Source: the human T2T-CHM13v2.0 reference genome, Homo sapiens
NCBI RefSeq assembly: GCF_009914755.1
Contig: NC_060931.1
Strand: one strand, 5' to 3'
Length of the DNA stretch: 64,000 nt
The translations under genes were made by a program, and so were the position numbers. The notes beneath the pieces were generated by a model. It had not been told where the DNA came from and made no database searches. It saw only the letters and a program-made list of their open reading frames with translations. Within the stretch, counting starts at the first letter, position 1; each line of letters begins with the position of its first letter. Below are positions 1-18,319 of this stretch, piece after piece.

Positions 1-409
1 GGCCCTAGTGGGAAGGGGCTCCGCGCTTCTGGGCGTCCACAGGAGCTGCATGGCCCTGCCCGCTGACGCCCGGTCGGGACGCTCCACACCCTGTGTGGGG
101 GCGGAGGGGACGCGGTGGGTGCGGCCTGGGCGCGGGTGGGCTAGAGCCTGGAGACCGCCGGGAGCCCGACTTCCTGGCGCTTTGCCCTTTGGGGAGCGGA
201 GCCAAGGAACAGCGCCAACCTCTCTCCACAAGCCAGGGACCCTACGACCCACCGCCGCAGGTGAGCTCCGCCCGGGCGCCCCCTCCCCCACCACGCCTGG
301 ATCCCTGCCGGGCTCCCCGAGCCGAGACTGTGCCTTCTGCAACAGGGCTGTGCTCCAGGTGGGAGAAACATCCTTTGCTCCCTGCTTTGGGGTCCCTGGG
401 CTCCTTGTA
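1..409. other. GC/CpG-rich non-viral segment (CpG-island or first-exon-like) abutting HML-3 pol
   Basis: High GC with many intact CpGs; donor-like CAG|GTGAGC near 260; abrupt switch to AT-rich retroviral pol at ~410. Confidence 0.55.
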
Positions 410-2700
410 GGGTCTAGTAATGGTAAAACTTCTTACTCTGGCTGGAAAGGTAAAATTTTTCAGATCCCCTATGCTTCAGCTCAAAAAGCAGAGCTTATAG
501 CTGTAATTGAGGTATTGGCTGCTTTTACTATGCCTATTAATGTGATTTCTGATTCTTCATACGTGGTTCATTCCACACAATTAATTGAAAATGCTCAGTT
601 ACGATTTCATACAGATGAACAACTGATGACTTTATTTACCCAATTGCAAATAGCAGTTAGGAGTAGAATGCACCCTTTTTATATCACTCACATTAGGGCT
701 CATTCACCTCTTCCAGGACCTTTAACTGGAGGGAATCAAATGGCTGATCGCCTAGTTGCTACTGCAATATCTAATGCTAGACACTTTCACAATTTAACCC
801 ATGTTAATGCCTCTGGTCTCGAACGCAGATACAGCATTACCTGGAAAGAAGCTAAAGCTATTACCGAGTGATGCCCAATTTGCCAAATGGTGCATTCCTC
901 ATCTTTTACAGGAGGAGTTAATTCTCAAGGATTGGAACCTAATTCTCTTTAGCAAATGGATGTCACACATGTTCCCTCGTTTGGGAGTCTAGCTTATGTA
1001 CATGTATGTGTGGACACCTTTTCCCACTTTGGGCTACATGCCAATCAGGAGAGTCTTCTGCCTGTGTTGAATGTCACCTTTTGCAATGTTTTGAGGTGAT
1101 GGGCATTCCAGCCTCTATTAAAACAGATAATGCCCCAGGCTGTACTAGCCAAGCTCTAGCTACATTTTTCTCTATGTGGAATATTAAACACATTGCTGGT
1201 ATCCCATATAATTCTCAAGGACAAGCCATAGTAGAAAGAATGAATCTGTCCCTGAAACAGCAGTAGCAAAAACAAAGGGGGCGGGGGGAAACAGGGACTA
1301 TGGGACACTGCATATACAATTGAATCTAGCATTATTGACTTTAAATTTTTTGAGCCTGCCTAAGGGCCAGATGCTATCAGCAGCTGAACAGCATCTACAG
1401 AAACCAGCTGCAAAGACAGAAGCAGAACAACTGGTTTGGTGGAGAGATCTGATAACAAAAAGTTGGGAAATAGGTAAAATAATAACTTGGGGTAGAGATT
1501 ATGCTTGTGTTTCTCCAGGCCAGAACCAGCAGCTGATTTAGATACCATCAAGACACCTAAAACCTTATCATGAGCCAGATGCTGTGGAAGAGATTCTGGG
1601 AGAATCCTGAGGACCCCCCAGTTGCAGCCATGTCAAGACTGATGCTGAGGAGGACCCCAACTGTCACGAGCAACACCCATCGAACACAGCCACCTACTTG
1701 GGGAAAGATCAAGAAGCTGTCACAGATGGTGGAAGAAAACCTGAGGAAAGCGGGACAACCAGTCACAATGAGTAATTTAATGATAGCTATGAGAGCGGTG
1801 ATCACCATTGCTGTGAGTATTCCTTCAGCAAGCACTGACACAGAGAACAATTATACTTATTGGGCATATCTATCAATCTTGGCTGGCAATAATGCCTGGA
1901 TGTAATCACTCTATGACCCAGTTACACATGCTTTCTGATCTCAGTATTTGCCATAATGAATCTGCTCCTATAATTAAGGCATACCACCCTCAAAAACCTA
2001 TTTGTAAACAGAATTGAACCTGGCCAGAAAAAATGAATGTACTTGTTTGGGAAGATTGCATTGCAGAACAGGCAGAGGTGCTGCGCAATGATTCCTATGG
2101 AATCATTATTGATCGGTCTCCTAAGGGGATGTTTAGCTTGAATTGTACCTCTGAGTATGTGTGCCATGGCCACACTATGTTCAGCTGGTCAGAAGAAAAC
2201 AGTCAGATGGTAGAAATGGTAAGAAGTATGGCAAGAGTTCTTATTATCTGGAAACATGGCGGTATAGTGGCACCTCAACCTCAAATGATATGACCCGCCG
2301 TAGGAGATTAACAAAAGGATTTGTGGAAACTATTAATGGCTCTTAATAAGATCAAAATTTGGGAACGAATAAAAAAGCATCTAGAAGGACACTATACAAA
2401 CTGGTTTTTGGATATTGCAAAGTTAAAAGAACAAATATTTAAAGCATCCCAGGCACATCTGACCTTAATACCAGGAACTGGAGGGCTTGAAGGAGCTGCA
2501 GACGGATTAGCAGCCAGTAACCCATTAAAATGGATGAAAACACTTGGAAGCTCTGTGATTTCAATGATGATTGTGTTATTAATCTGTGTTGTTTGTCTTT
2601 GTGTAGTCTGCAGATGCAGATCCTGACTCCTGCGAGAAGTAGCTCACCGTGATAAAGCTGCCTTTGCTTTTATTGCCCTGCAAAAACAAGAAGGGGGATA
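410..2700 (+). mobile_element. HERV-K(HML-3)/HERVK9 internal region: decayed RNase H, integrase and shortened env
   Basis: ORFs give betaretroviral RNase H (SAQKAELIAVI, SDSSYVV, GNQMAD), integrase ([20 protein letters not shown]) and env pieces (PPTWGKIKKL; TM-like SMMIVLLICVVCLCVV); stops and frameshifts throughout; purine tract just before the LTR. Confidence 0.85.
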
Positions 2701-3198
2701 TGCTGGGGAATAGGCCCCCAAATCTGGACATAAACTGGCCCCAAAACTGGCCATAAACAAAATCTCTGCAGCGCTGTGACATGTTCATGGTGGCCATAAC
2801 GCCCATGCTGGAAGGCTGTGGTTTACCGGAATGAGAGCGAGGAACACCTGGCCTATCCAGGGCGGAAAACCACTTATAGGTATTCCTAAACCACAAACAA
2901 CCTATGCCTTAAGGACATGTTCCTGCTGCAGATAACTAGCCAGAGCCCATCCCTTTGTTTCGGCCCATCCTTTTGTTTCCTGTAAGGAGTGCTTTTAGTT
3001 AATCTATAATCTATAGAAACAATACTTATCACTGGCTTGCTGTCAATAAATATGTGGGTAAATCTCTGCTCATGGCTCTCAGCTCTGAAGGCTGTGAGTC
3101 CCCTGATTTCCCACTCCACATGCTATATTTCTGTGTGTGTGTCTTTAATTCCTCTAGTGCTGCTGGGTTAGGTTCTCCACGACCGAGCTGGGCTTGGC
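2701..3198 (+). mobile_element. MER9-type 3' LTR of the HML-3 provirus
   Basis: Starts TG after the purine tract AAGAAGGGGGATA; contains ATAAACTGGCCCCAAAACTGGCCATAAAC and AATAAA (~3046); ends CA. Confidence 0.8.
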
Positions 3199-5520
<2,322 letters not shown>

Positions 5521-6630
5521 CTTTCTGCTTTTTATTATAAGTTGTATTTCATACAGGTATTCAATTTATATCACCCTCCTTCATTATTTTAATATAAAGC
5601 CTTCTCCACTTTATATCAGTGGAAAACAGGCCACCTGGTGCCAGGAAAGCACATGGATTGCCATTTTAATGATGATGATGAAAAGCACTTGTTTGGGTGG
5701 TACTCACGTGCCAAACACTGTTATTTGGCTCAAAGTACCAGTTTTTTATTCTTCTCTAAATGTAGTGATAAAATAAAATAAAATTCTTAGTTAAGAAGAC
5801 TTTATCTCATTCAAGTATGTATTATGAAATTTTGTTGACACTTAAGTGTCTCTGACTTACCTAGAATATTGAAATTTTTCATGAATTCAATTTGAGCACT
5901 GTAAAGAAACTTTTTTTTACTAAAAGCCTTTGTGAGGCAGAATAAGATTTATGAAATGTCTTTATAATATGGAAAAATGTGTTAATGATGTTTGTAGTAA
6001 TCCCTCTGAACACAGCATTCTCAATTCCCGGTATTCACCCTGAGTTACTCAGGGGAAATTGGTATCTCTGTAAACAGGCAGAAGAAAGTGCAGAGTGAAG
6101 GTGCACAACATAGCACAGAAATGTTTTCCACATGCACCTATTAGGGTCTTAATGTAATGGACTGTTATTTGCGTGGCTACATACTTACTGAATCTAGTCA
6201 TGCTATTTTCTGGCAGCTAAAGGCATCTGTTACCCATTAATTTTATATAATTATTTTCTTGGTGGAAAAATAAATCCTTTTTAAATTTACTGTAAATTAA
6301 GAGATTAGATTTGTAATCTTCAATTTTTTAATGTTAAAGCAAATCAGAGAAAAGCCATGTGTGTATATTGTATGCATTTTCCTACCTATCGAAATTCTTG
6401 TACTGCCCTGAAATATCAAGGACTTAATAACGGAGCAAATCCTAAATCTGGTCTTTGCTTCTTGTTAGTAATCTGTCCATTTCAAAAATCATGGCAATTA
6501 TGCTAAGCCATTGAAAAGATGTGGTTTTGACTAATTTTATCTGATTTTAAATGTTTTGTTACTTTTATTATGTTAATCTAAGAGCAAATATCCACATAAC
6601 TGTTCATGCTTTCAAGAAATACTCATATTA

Positions 6631-6982
<352 letters not shown>

Positions 6983-7215
6983 TCATTATTAAATTTATTG
7001 TTTTCAAAATTTTTCAATTGTGAAAATGAAAAATTAGGTATGCTTTTTCATGATAATTTTAATTCTAGGAGGGTACCTAGGATAATGTAAAACAGGGTCA
7101 TCAGAATGGTGCAGACATGCTGATTTAATTAGAATGAGTTCAGCCTTTTTGGTAGACTATTGGTATCCCAGAGGCTGACCATTCACTACAGCTTACTAAA
7201 TGTTGCCTCATAAGG

Positions 7216-8697
<1,482 letters not shown>

Positions 8698-9770
8698 GCC
8701 AGTGGGCTCTTTCAACCAGACTGCCTTTTTCCTCTCATTGATGTGGTTGTGTTGTGGTCTCCTCTGTTTATCTTAAGCTATCTCAGATAAGGTGATTATT
8801 TATTGCATGACTAAGACCCCCCTTTTTTTCCTCTGCAATGGGATTCTCCTTGTCCTCCCTACTGGAAGCAACATGTGGGAGGCAGGAATGATGACAATAT
8901 ACAAATATATTTCCTGCCATGTGGCCTCCATAAGCAGCTTACAGCATGGCCCATGTAGAAGTCACTTATTTCCAGGCCAGCTGGGATGTTTTTCTATCAT
9001 GTATCCCTTTCTCTTAAAAGCGCCTCTGATTCACTTTAGCCCAATCAGGATAATCTCCCTTTTGATGAACACAAAAGCAACACATTAACAACCTGATTTT
9101 ATGAATGATTTTCCAACACAGTCACACATTCTTTTGCAATCAAGGAAAAAGGATTCCACAGCAGGTGTGCAACAGACTGGCAATCCTGGGGAATATCTTA
9201 AAATTTTGCCTACCCACCTGAATAGACCTTTAAAATCATCTTTTAGTTGCTTTTGTTAGCAAAGCAAAGATATCTGCAAATAATAATTAACTACTTTCCA
9301 ATTTTATTCATTAAAATATTAACTAACATTTTTTCTGGCTTATTTCTTATGTACCATTTGATACATTCACAAACACGCAGAACAATGAAAATGTATCTAA
9401 TTATTCAATTTTTGTTAATTTTTATTAAAAGTGAGTGTTAATTGTTTCCTTTCTGGTTAAAGAGGGTTTTTATTGTTGTACTCAGAAGTGCTATCTCTGG
9501 AGACATATTTGCCTGTGTTTTAATATTCTACTATTATGAGCAAGTCATTTCTACCCATAGCTCTGGTTCTTTCTCTGCAAAATAAGGATAAGTGTAATGC
9601 CTATGTTATCCAGTTACTGTGAGAATTAAATTTATTAACACATAAGTAGTATTATGGTTAGTGCTCAGTACAAATTAGCTATTAAGATATGTGTATACTG
9701 AATTATATTAACATGTTCTTTAACACAGAAATATCCTTCCATGAGTTTTTCAATCAATAAATATATTTAA

Positions 9771-10067
<297 letters not shown>

Positions 10068-10089
10068 TTTTAAATTCATTTTTTAAAAA

Positions 10090-10580
10090 AAATATTGGAT
10101 ACACAATGGAATATTGTTCAGCCTTTAAAAAGGGGTAAATCCTATCATTTGAAACAATATAGATGAATTTAGAAGACATTATGCTAGATGGAATAACCGT
10201 GGCACAGAAAGACAAATACTGCAAGAATAAAGTTTAACTCAAAAAAGTAGAAAGTGGAATAATCTTTACCAGAGGCTGGGTGTGGTGGGAAGAAAACAGA
10301 GAGTTGTTGATCAAAGAATGCAAAGTTTCACATAGACAGGGTAAATATGTTTTGATATCTATTGCAAAGCAGGGTGACTACAATAAACAATAATTACTGT
10401 ATATTTTAAAATAACTAAGAGTAAATTTCAAGTGTCTCACCACAAAAATGATAGGTGAGTTCATGTGTTATTTAACTCAACATAATCATATTATGTACAT
10501 ATATTCAAACTTCACATTGTACCTCATAATGTATATAACTCTTATTTGCCAATAAAAATATTAATAGTTTTTAAAAAAAG
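10090..10580 (+). mobile_element. Old L1 (L1MA-like) 3' end
   Basis: ACAATGGAATATTGTTCAGCC and CACAGAAAGACAAATACTGCA 3'UTR motifs; ends AATAAA and an A-rich tract. Confidence 0.7.
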
Positions 10581-10714
10581 GATAGTATCATAAACATTCG
10601 ACTACTATTACAGCCCCGGACTGACTAGAATAAACATGAGTTACAAATCACTGATGTGGCCACCTTGTTTTCAGGCTTAATATTGATCATGATCTAACAG
10701 AATCAACAAATAAG

Positions 10715-10950
10715 AGCTAATAAATTTCCTGTACACTTGTTATGTGCTGGGCAAACTTTGGGTACCCTTATTTGTACTAATTGCTTTAATTTTACCAAAA
10801 CCCTAGGATTTAGGCAGTATGATCCTCACTGTACGGATGAAGAGTCAAGCACAGAGAGGTCAAGAAACTGTATTCATATCGTACAGCCCATAAATGGCAG
10901 AACTGGAATGCAATCAGGAACCACCTGATTCTAAGTTTCAATCTTAACCA
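10715..10950 (-). mobile_element. MIR
   Basis: Core-like TACGGATGAAGAGTCAAGCACAGAGAGGTCAAG. Confidence 0.55.
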
Positions 10951-13900
10951 TATGCCCAACACCCTCTCATCCAATTATTATTCCTGATCTAACATTTTGG
11001 CTTTTAATTTTCTAATTTAGTAGAAATAAAGAGGAATTTTAAAATCAGTTTTTTGACAAAAATAGCAGACAGGAGGCAGAAATAGATTGCAGCTCCCACT
11101 CAGAGCAGTGTGTGGAAACTCGCATCATGAACTTTTGCTTCAGAACTACTGCAGGAATGAACCAGGAAAGCTGAGAGAACCCACAGACTTTCTGAAGGAA
11201 GCAAATTTCTCCTGCAGGATCTCAGAGACAGCCCAAATACTATGAGTGCCCAAGATGTGAAAGTGGGAAAAAGGAATCATCTGCTCTCATACACACACCC
11301 TCACTTGGGAACCTGAAAGTCTAGATCATGGGATAAGGACCTGACCTTACCTCGAGCTGAGTCAATTTAGAGAGATGAGCTAAATACAGAGGTAGAGGAA
11401 GCAGAAGAAGCCCTGTGGGCTCTCTGGGTCTTCAGGAAAGCTTTTAAAGACTTGTTTCAAAGGGGTCCTTGGAGAGGGCTGTCAAGGGAAGTGGGAAAAG
11501 ACCACAGGGAGAAGGAAACTTCCAGCTGAACTTTCTAACAATTCTAACCAAACATGAATTCACCTGGCCAGAATTTGCAGGAGGGCATGAATCAGGTGTA
11601 CAGACTGCAAAGTCAGCAGGCACAAAAGGCCTGCTCGCTTTTGCAGCTAGGAGGCTGGTAGCCTTGGGCAAGTTCTCAGCCCTGCTCACCCACTGCCTGA
11701 AAGAAAACTCGGTGCTCTTGGTGCAGAGCATGGTGGGAGTGAGTCTGGTCTTTCAGGTTGTGTGGGAGCTGGGTGAGGACTGTAACTGCTGGCTTTCCCC
11801 ACATCCCTGACAACCTTCATGACAGCAGGGGCAGCCATAATCCTCCTGGGAAAATAACTCCATTGACCTGGGAACAATGCCACCATTTCCTGCAGCAGCT
11901 GCAGCAAGCCCCGCCCAAAGAGAGTCTAAGCTCAGATATGCCTAACCATCCCCCACCTGATGGTCCCTCCCTACCTACTCTGGTAGCTGAAGACAAATAG
12001 CTTATACTCTTGGCAGTCTTAGGGCCCCACTCACCACCTGATCCTCCCTATACTACCAAAGCCATGCTCCCTTGAAAGCACCTCCTCCTGGCAGGTGGCC
12101 AACCAGCACAAAAATAGTGCATTAAACAACCAAACCTAAGTACCCTCAAGAAGTCCATTTCACCACCTGCCACCTCTACTGAAGCAGGTGCTAATATCCA
12201 CATCTGAGAGACCTGAAGACAATTTACATCACAGGACTCTGTGCAGACAACCCCCACTACCAGCCCAGAGCTTGGTAGACTTGCTTGGGGGCTAGATCCA
12301 GAAGAGAAATAACAATCACTACAGCTCAGCTCTCAGGAAGCCACATCCCTAGGAAAAGGGGGAGAGTATTACATCAAGGGAATACCCCATGGGACAAAAT
12401 AATCTGAACAAACAGCCTTGAACCTTAGAACTTCCCTCTAACATAGCCTACCCAAATGAGAAGGAACCAGAAAAACAATTCTGGTAATATGACAAAACAA
12501 GGTTCTTTAATATGCCCCCAAAATTATGCTAGCTCACCAGCAATGGATCCAAACCAAGAAGAAATCTCTGATTTATCTGAGAAAGAATTCAGAAGTTCAG
12601 TTATTAAACTAATCAAGGAGGCACCAGAGAAAATGAAGTCCAATTTAAGGAAATCAGAAAACATACAAAAATGAGGGAAGAAATCTTCAGTCAAATAGAT
12701 AGCATAAATAAAAAACAATCACAACTTCAAGAAATAAGGAACTCACTTAGAGAAATGCAAAATGTTCTGGAAAGTCTCAGCAATAGAATCAAGCAAGTAG
12801 AAGAATGAACTTCTGAGCTCAAAGACAAGGTTTTTGGATTAACCCAATCCAACAATGACAAAGAAAAAAGAATAAAAAAAAAAAAAAACTTCCAAGTAGT
12901 TTGGGACATGTTAAGTGACCAAACCTAAGAATAATTGGTAATTATTAGAAATAATTAGAAAGAAGACATATCTAAAAGTTTGTAAAACATATTTGGAGGA
13001 ATAATTGAGGAAAACTTTCCTGGACTTGCTAGAGACCTAGCCATCCAAATACAAGAAGCTCAAAGAATATCAGGGAAATTCATCTAAAAAAGATCATCAC
13101 CTAGGCATACTGTCATCAGGTTATCTAAATTCAAGATGAAGGAAAGAATCTTAACAGCTGTGAGGGAAAAGCACCAGGTAACTTATAAAGAAAAACTTAT
13201 CAGATTAATGCCGATTTCTCAGCAGAGACCCTACAAGCTAAAAAGAATTGGGGCCCTATCTTCAAGCCTCCTTAAATAAAACAATAATTAGCCAAAAATT
13301 CTGAATCCAGTGAAACTAAGCTTCATAAATGAAGGAAATATACTGTCTTTTCCAGAAAAACAAATACTGAGAGCAGTCACTACTACCAAGCCAGCACTAC
13401 AAGAACTGCTAAAAAGACCTCTACATTTTGAAACAAATTCTGGAAACACGTCAAAACAGAACCTCTTTAAAACATAAATCTCCCAGGATCTATAAAACCA
13501 AAATACAATAAAAAAAAGGTATATAGACAACAAATAGCAAAATAAAAGGAATAGTACCTCACATCTCAATACTAACATCAAATGTAAATGGCCTAAACGC
13601 CCCACTTAAAAGATACAGAATTGCAGAATGGGTAAGAGTTCACCAGCCAGTTATCTGTTGCCTTCAAGAGACTCACCTAACATTAAGGACTCACATAAAC
13701 TTAAGGTATTGGGGAGGAAAAGGATATTCCATGCAAATGGACACCAAAAGCAAGCAGGAGTAGCTATTCTTATATCAGATGGAACTTTAAAGCAATACCA
13801 GTTAAAAAGGACAAAGAGGGACATTTTATTTCGATGCAAGACTTTTTCCAACAGGAAAATACCACAATCCTAAATATGTATGCACCCAACACTGGAGCTC

Positions 13901-14117
13901 TCAAGTTTATAAAACAATTACTATTAGACCTAAAAAATAAGGCAGACAGCAACACGATAATAGTGGAAAACTTTAATACTCCACTGACAGCACTAGACAG
14001 GTCATCAAGAGAGAAAGTCAACAAAGAAACAATGGACTTTAGCTACACCCTAAACCAAATGGACTTAACAGATATTTACAGAACATTATACCCAACAACT
14101 GCAGAATATACATATAT

Positions 14118-14241
14118 TTTTAATAGACACGTGGTTTCACCATGTAGGCCATGCTGGTCTTGAGCTTCTGACCTCTAGTGATTGTCCTGCTGTGGCCCCC
14201 CTAAGTGCTGAGATTACAGGCATGAGCCACAGGGCCCAGCC
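14118..14241 (-). mobile_element. Alu left-arm fragment at the L1 deletion junction
   Basis: Reverse Alu from TTTTAATAGACACGTGGTTTCACC to GAGCCACAGGGCCCAGCC; no right arm or tail. Confidence 0.8.
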
Positions 14242-16297
14242 TATAGATGCAAAAATCCTTAACAAAATACTAGCTAACTGAATCCAACAACATATTAAAA
14301 AGATAATCCACCATAATCAAGTAGGTTTTATAGCTAATGATTCAGGGATGGTTTAACATACCCAAGTCAATAAATGTGATACACCACATAAACAGAATTT
14401 TTTTAAAAAATTACATAAGTATTTCAATAGATGGAGAAAAGCATTTGACAAAATCCAGCATCACTTTATGATTTAAACCATCAGCAAAACTGGCCTACCA
14501 AGGACATACCTTAATATAATAAAAGGCATCTATGACAAACCTACTGCCAACATAATACTAAATGGGGAAAAGTTGAAAGCATTTCCTCTGAGAACTGGAA
14601 CAAGACAAAAATGCTTACTCTCACCACTTCTATTCAACATAGTACTGGACATCCTAGCCAGAATGATCAGACAAGAGAAAGAAATAAAGGGCATCCAAAT
14701 CAGTAAAGAGGAGCTGAAACTAATTGTTTCCTTATGATATAATTGTATACCCAGAAAACACTAAAGCCTCCTTCAAAAAGCTCCTAGAACCAATAAATAA
14801 ATTAAGCAAAGTTTCAGAATACAAAATCCATGTGCACATATTAGTAGCTTTGCTATATACCAAAAGCGACCACGCTGAGAATCAAATTAAGAACTCAACC
14901 CCTTCTACAATAGCTGCACAAAAAATAAAATACTTAGGAATATACCTAACCAAGGAAGTGAAAGACCTCTACAAGAAAAACTACAAAATGCTGCTGAAAG
15001 AAATAGATGACACAAATAAAAACACATCCCATGCTCATAGATGGGTAGAATCAATACTCTAAAAATGACCATACTGCCAAAAGCAATCTACAAATTCAAT
15101 ACAATTCCCATCAGAGTACTGACATTATTCTTCAAATAACTATGAAAAAACAATCCTAAAATTCATATGGAACCAAAAAAAAAGCTTGCATAGCCAAAGC
15201 AAGACTAAGCAAAAGAAACAAATCAAAAGGCTTCGTATTACCCAACTTCAAACAACACAATAAGGCCACACTCACCAAAACAGCATGGTACCGGTATAAA
15301 AATAGGGACATAGACAAACAGAACAGAATGGAGAACCCAGAAATAAACACAAATAGTTACACCCAACTGATCTTTGACAAAGCAAACAAAAACATAAAGT
15401 GGGTAAAGGACACCCTATTCAACAAATGGTGCTGGGATACTTGGCAAGCCACATGTAGAAGAATGAAACTTGATCTCATCTCTCACCTTATACAAAAATC
15501 AACTCAAGATGGATCAAGGACTTAAATCTAAGACCTGAAACTATAAAAATTCTAGAAGATAACATCAGAAGAACCCTTCTAAACATTGGCTTAGTCAAGG
15601 ATTTCATGACCGAGAACCCCAAAGCAAATGCAATGAAGACACAGATAAATAGCTGGGACTTAATTAAACTAAAGAGCTTTTGCATGGCCAAAGGAAGTGA
15701 GCAAAGTAAACAACAACCCACAGAGCGGGAGAAAATCTTCACAATTTATATATCTGACACAGGACTAATGTCCAGAATCTGCAACAAACTGAAACAAATT
15801 AGCCAGAAAAAAAAAATCTCGTCAAAAAGTGGGCTAAGGACATAAATAGACAATTCTCAAAAGAAGATATAAAAATGGCCAGGAAACACATGAAAAAATG
15901 CTCAACATCACTAATGATCAGGGAAATGCAAATCAAAACCATAACGTGATACCACCTTGCTCCTGTAAGAATGGCCATAATAAAAAAATAAAAAAATAAT
16001 AACTGTTGGTGTGGATGGAGTGAAAAGGAAACACTTCTACACTGCTAGTGGGAATGTAAACTAGTACAACCACTATGGAAAACAGTGTGGAGATTCCTTA
16101 AAGAACTAAAGGGAGAACTACCATTTGATCCAGCAGTCCTACTATTGGGTATCTACCCAGAGGAAAAGAAGTTATTATTTAAAAAAAAAAAAAAAAAACT
16201 TGCACACGCATGTTTATAGCAGCATAATTTGGAATTGCAAAAATGTGGAAACAACTCAAATGCCCATCAATCAACAAGTGGATAAAGAAACTGTGGA

Positions 16298-16381
16298 TAT
16301 ATATACATATATATATATATATGTATGTATATATATATATATATGTATGTGTATATATATATATATGTATGTATATATATA
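16298..16381. repeat. (TA)n/(TATG)n microsatellite in the L1 3'UTR
   Basis: Direct reading. Confidence 0.95.
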
Positions 16382-16989
16382 ATTGAATACTACTCAGAAA
16401 TGGAAAATCAAACATTGTATGTTCTCACTCATAATTGGGAGCTAAACTATAAGGATGTAAAGGCATCAGGTAAAAGACTACAAATTGGGTTCAGTGTATA
16501 CTACTCAGGTGATGGGTGCACCAAAATCTCAGAAATCACCACTAAAGAATTTACTCATGTAACCAAATACCACCTGTTAAACAAAATTTATGGAAATAAA
16601 AAACTTAAAAAAAAAAAAAGACTGAAAGCGAACTCAGTTCATCCAGCCTTGTTTTCTCATTTTGCAGGAGAAAGGTTGGAGACAGTGCCAACTTCACATA
16701 GCCTTTAAGAGATCAACTCCAGACCTCAAATCACACCCTCTGACCCCAAGCCAATGGTCCTTTTTTGCCTCCCAGTATTACTCTGTCTCTTCAAACAAGA
16801 AGAAAGAGCCAAGTTGAGAAGGAGAGTGGTCACACCCACACCTAGATTCTATTCTCCTGGGCACTGCCTTCCCTGTGGGACCTACCTATTTAATTCCAGT
16901 GCTCATGTTATGCCCAAACCCTGGAAGAATGTGACCTTTAAATCTCTGTGCACCCCAGGAACTAGCAGACATTAAAAGTAATAATAATG

Positions 16990-17125
16990 GGCTGGGCACA
17001 CAGGCTTGTGCTTGTGGTCTCAGCTATTCGGGAGGCTGAGGAGGGAGAATATGTTAAGCCCAGAAGTTCAAGGCTGCAATGAGCAATGTTTGCGCCATTG
17101 CACTCCAGCCTGAGTGCAGAAAAAG
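16990..17125 (+). mobile_element. Alu monomer (FRAM/FLAM-like)
   Basis: Single-arm Alu ending GCACTCCAGCCTGAGTGCAGAAAAA. Confidence 0.7.
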
Positions 17126-18319
17126 TAATAATGACAAAATAAAAAGAGAAATTTACCAATTACTAAGGAAGTCTAGAAAGGCTAGGTGTACCCCCTCTAA
17201 ATCTAAAATAACAGTTTAAAAATAAAAATATTTTATTGGTAAAAATAAATAAGATAAAAACCACTTTCTTTTTACCCTGAGATAGTATGTAGAACTTGAT
17301 TTTTGGTTGAAAGCACTTATTACTAAGCCTAACACAAATAATTTGGCAAATGGGTTCTAACAATAATATGTCTCTCATGACTTAAAAAAGCCACTAATTT
17401 TACTTTTGAAATATATTTAATTTTTATATTAAAGCTAAGATGAACCTATTATTACATAGAAAATTTGTGGTCTGCATATGCCTCCCCATCCACTGAGTGG
17501 TCTACAGTTTCTGAAAGTTTCAGAAACACTAATATAAGAATACTTTTTCTGATTGAATAATTTAAGGATATTGTTTTCTCAGTGACTAAAATGAAATAGA
17601 TTGGAATTACAAATCAGTCACTTACAATGTAATTTTAAATGTTATTTAATGAACACGTGAAGTTTTTTAAAACTCATCTGAATAACTTATTTCTATTGAC
17701 TTTTTTCTATTAGAAAATATATTAAAATTTCTGTTACTACAAGCCTATGAATTTTATTCAAATCTAAATATAGTGCTAATCTTAAAAGATCTCTTTGTTT
17801 AGGATTATGAAAGCCTATTCTCTACATACACTTAGAAGATAAATAACCGCTTTCCAGTAAACTCAATGGGGCAACTGTGACTCACAATCATAACCTATTA
17901 AAATATTAATACTATTATCTAGGTAAAACTTTTAGGTATCTGCATGTTCAGGTTGTTTAACTTATATAATTCAGAAACTATAAATTTTTATAATCTATAA
18001 AAACATTTAAAAAGATAAAGTATCAATTTCTTTTTGTCAGTTTTGAAATACTGACATTATTTCTAGTTGACATAACACTAGAATTCAGATGCTGTGGCTG
18101 TAGAAAATAGAAATGTCATGGTTTACTTGGTTTTACTTCCTACCTTCCTATTTCACACAAACAAAGCAGCACAAGGGAAGCCAGAAATGCTACACCTTGA
18201 TTGCAAAAAAACCAGAACCCTTCTAGAGACAATATCTGTGTCAGCATAATAACTTGAAATTCATGGCATCTTTTGTTGAAGTAGAGGCTCCAACAAGAGG
18301 CTGAATTAATCAACAAAAG

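Larger units (their letters stand above)
11063..16620 (+). mobile_element. Near full-length decayed L1 (L1PB-like) with an internal ORF2 deletion
   Basis: 5'UTR; ORF1 start MRRNQKNNSGNMTKQGS (12456); endonuclease pieces (NMYAPNTGA, NFNTPLTALDR); RT and C-terminal pieces; 3'UTR AAATCACCACTAAAGAA; polyA at ~16610. Confidence 0.88.
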
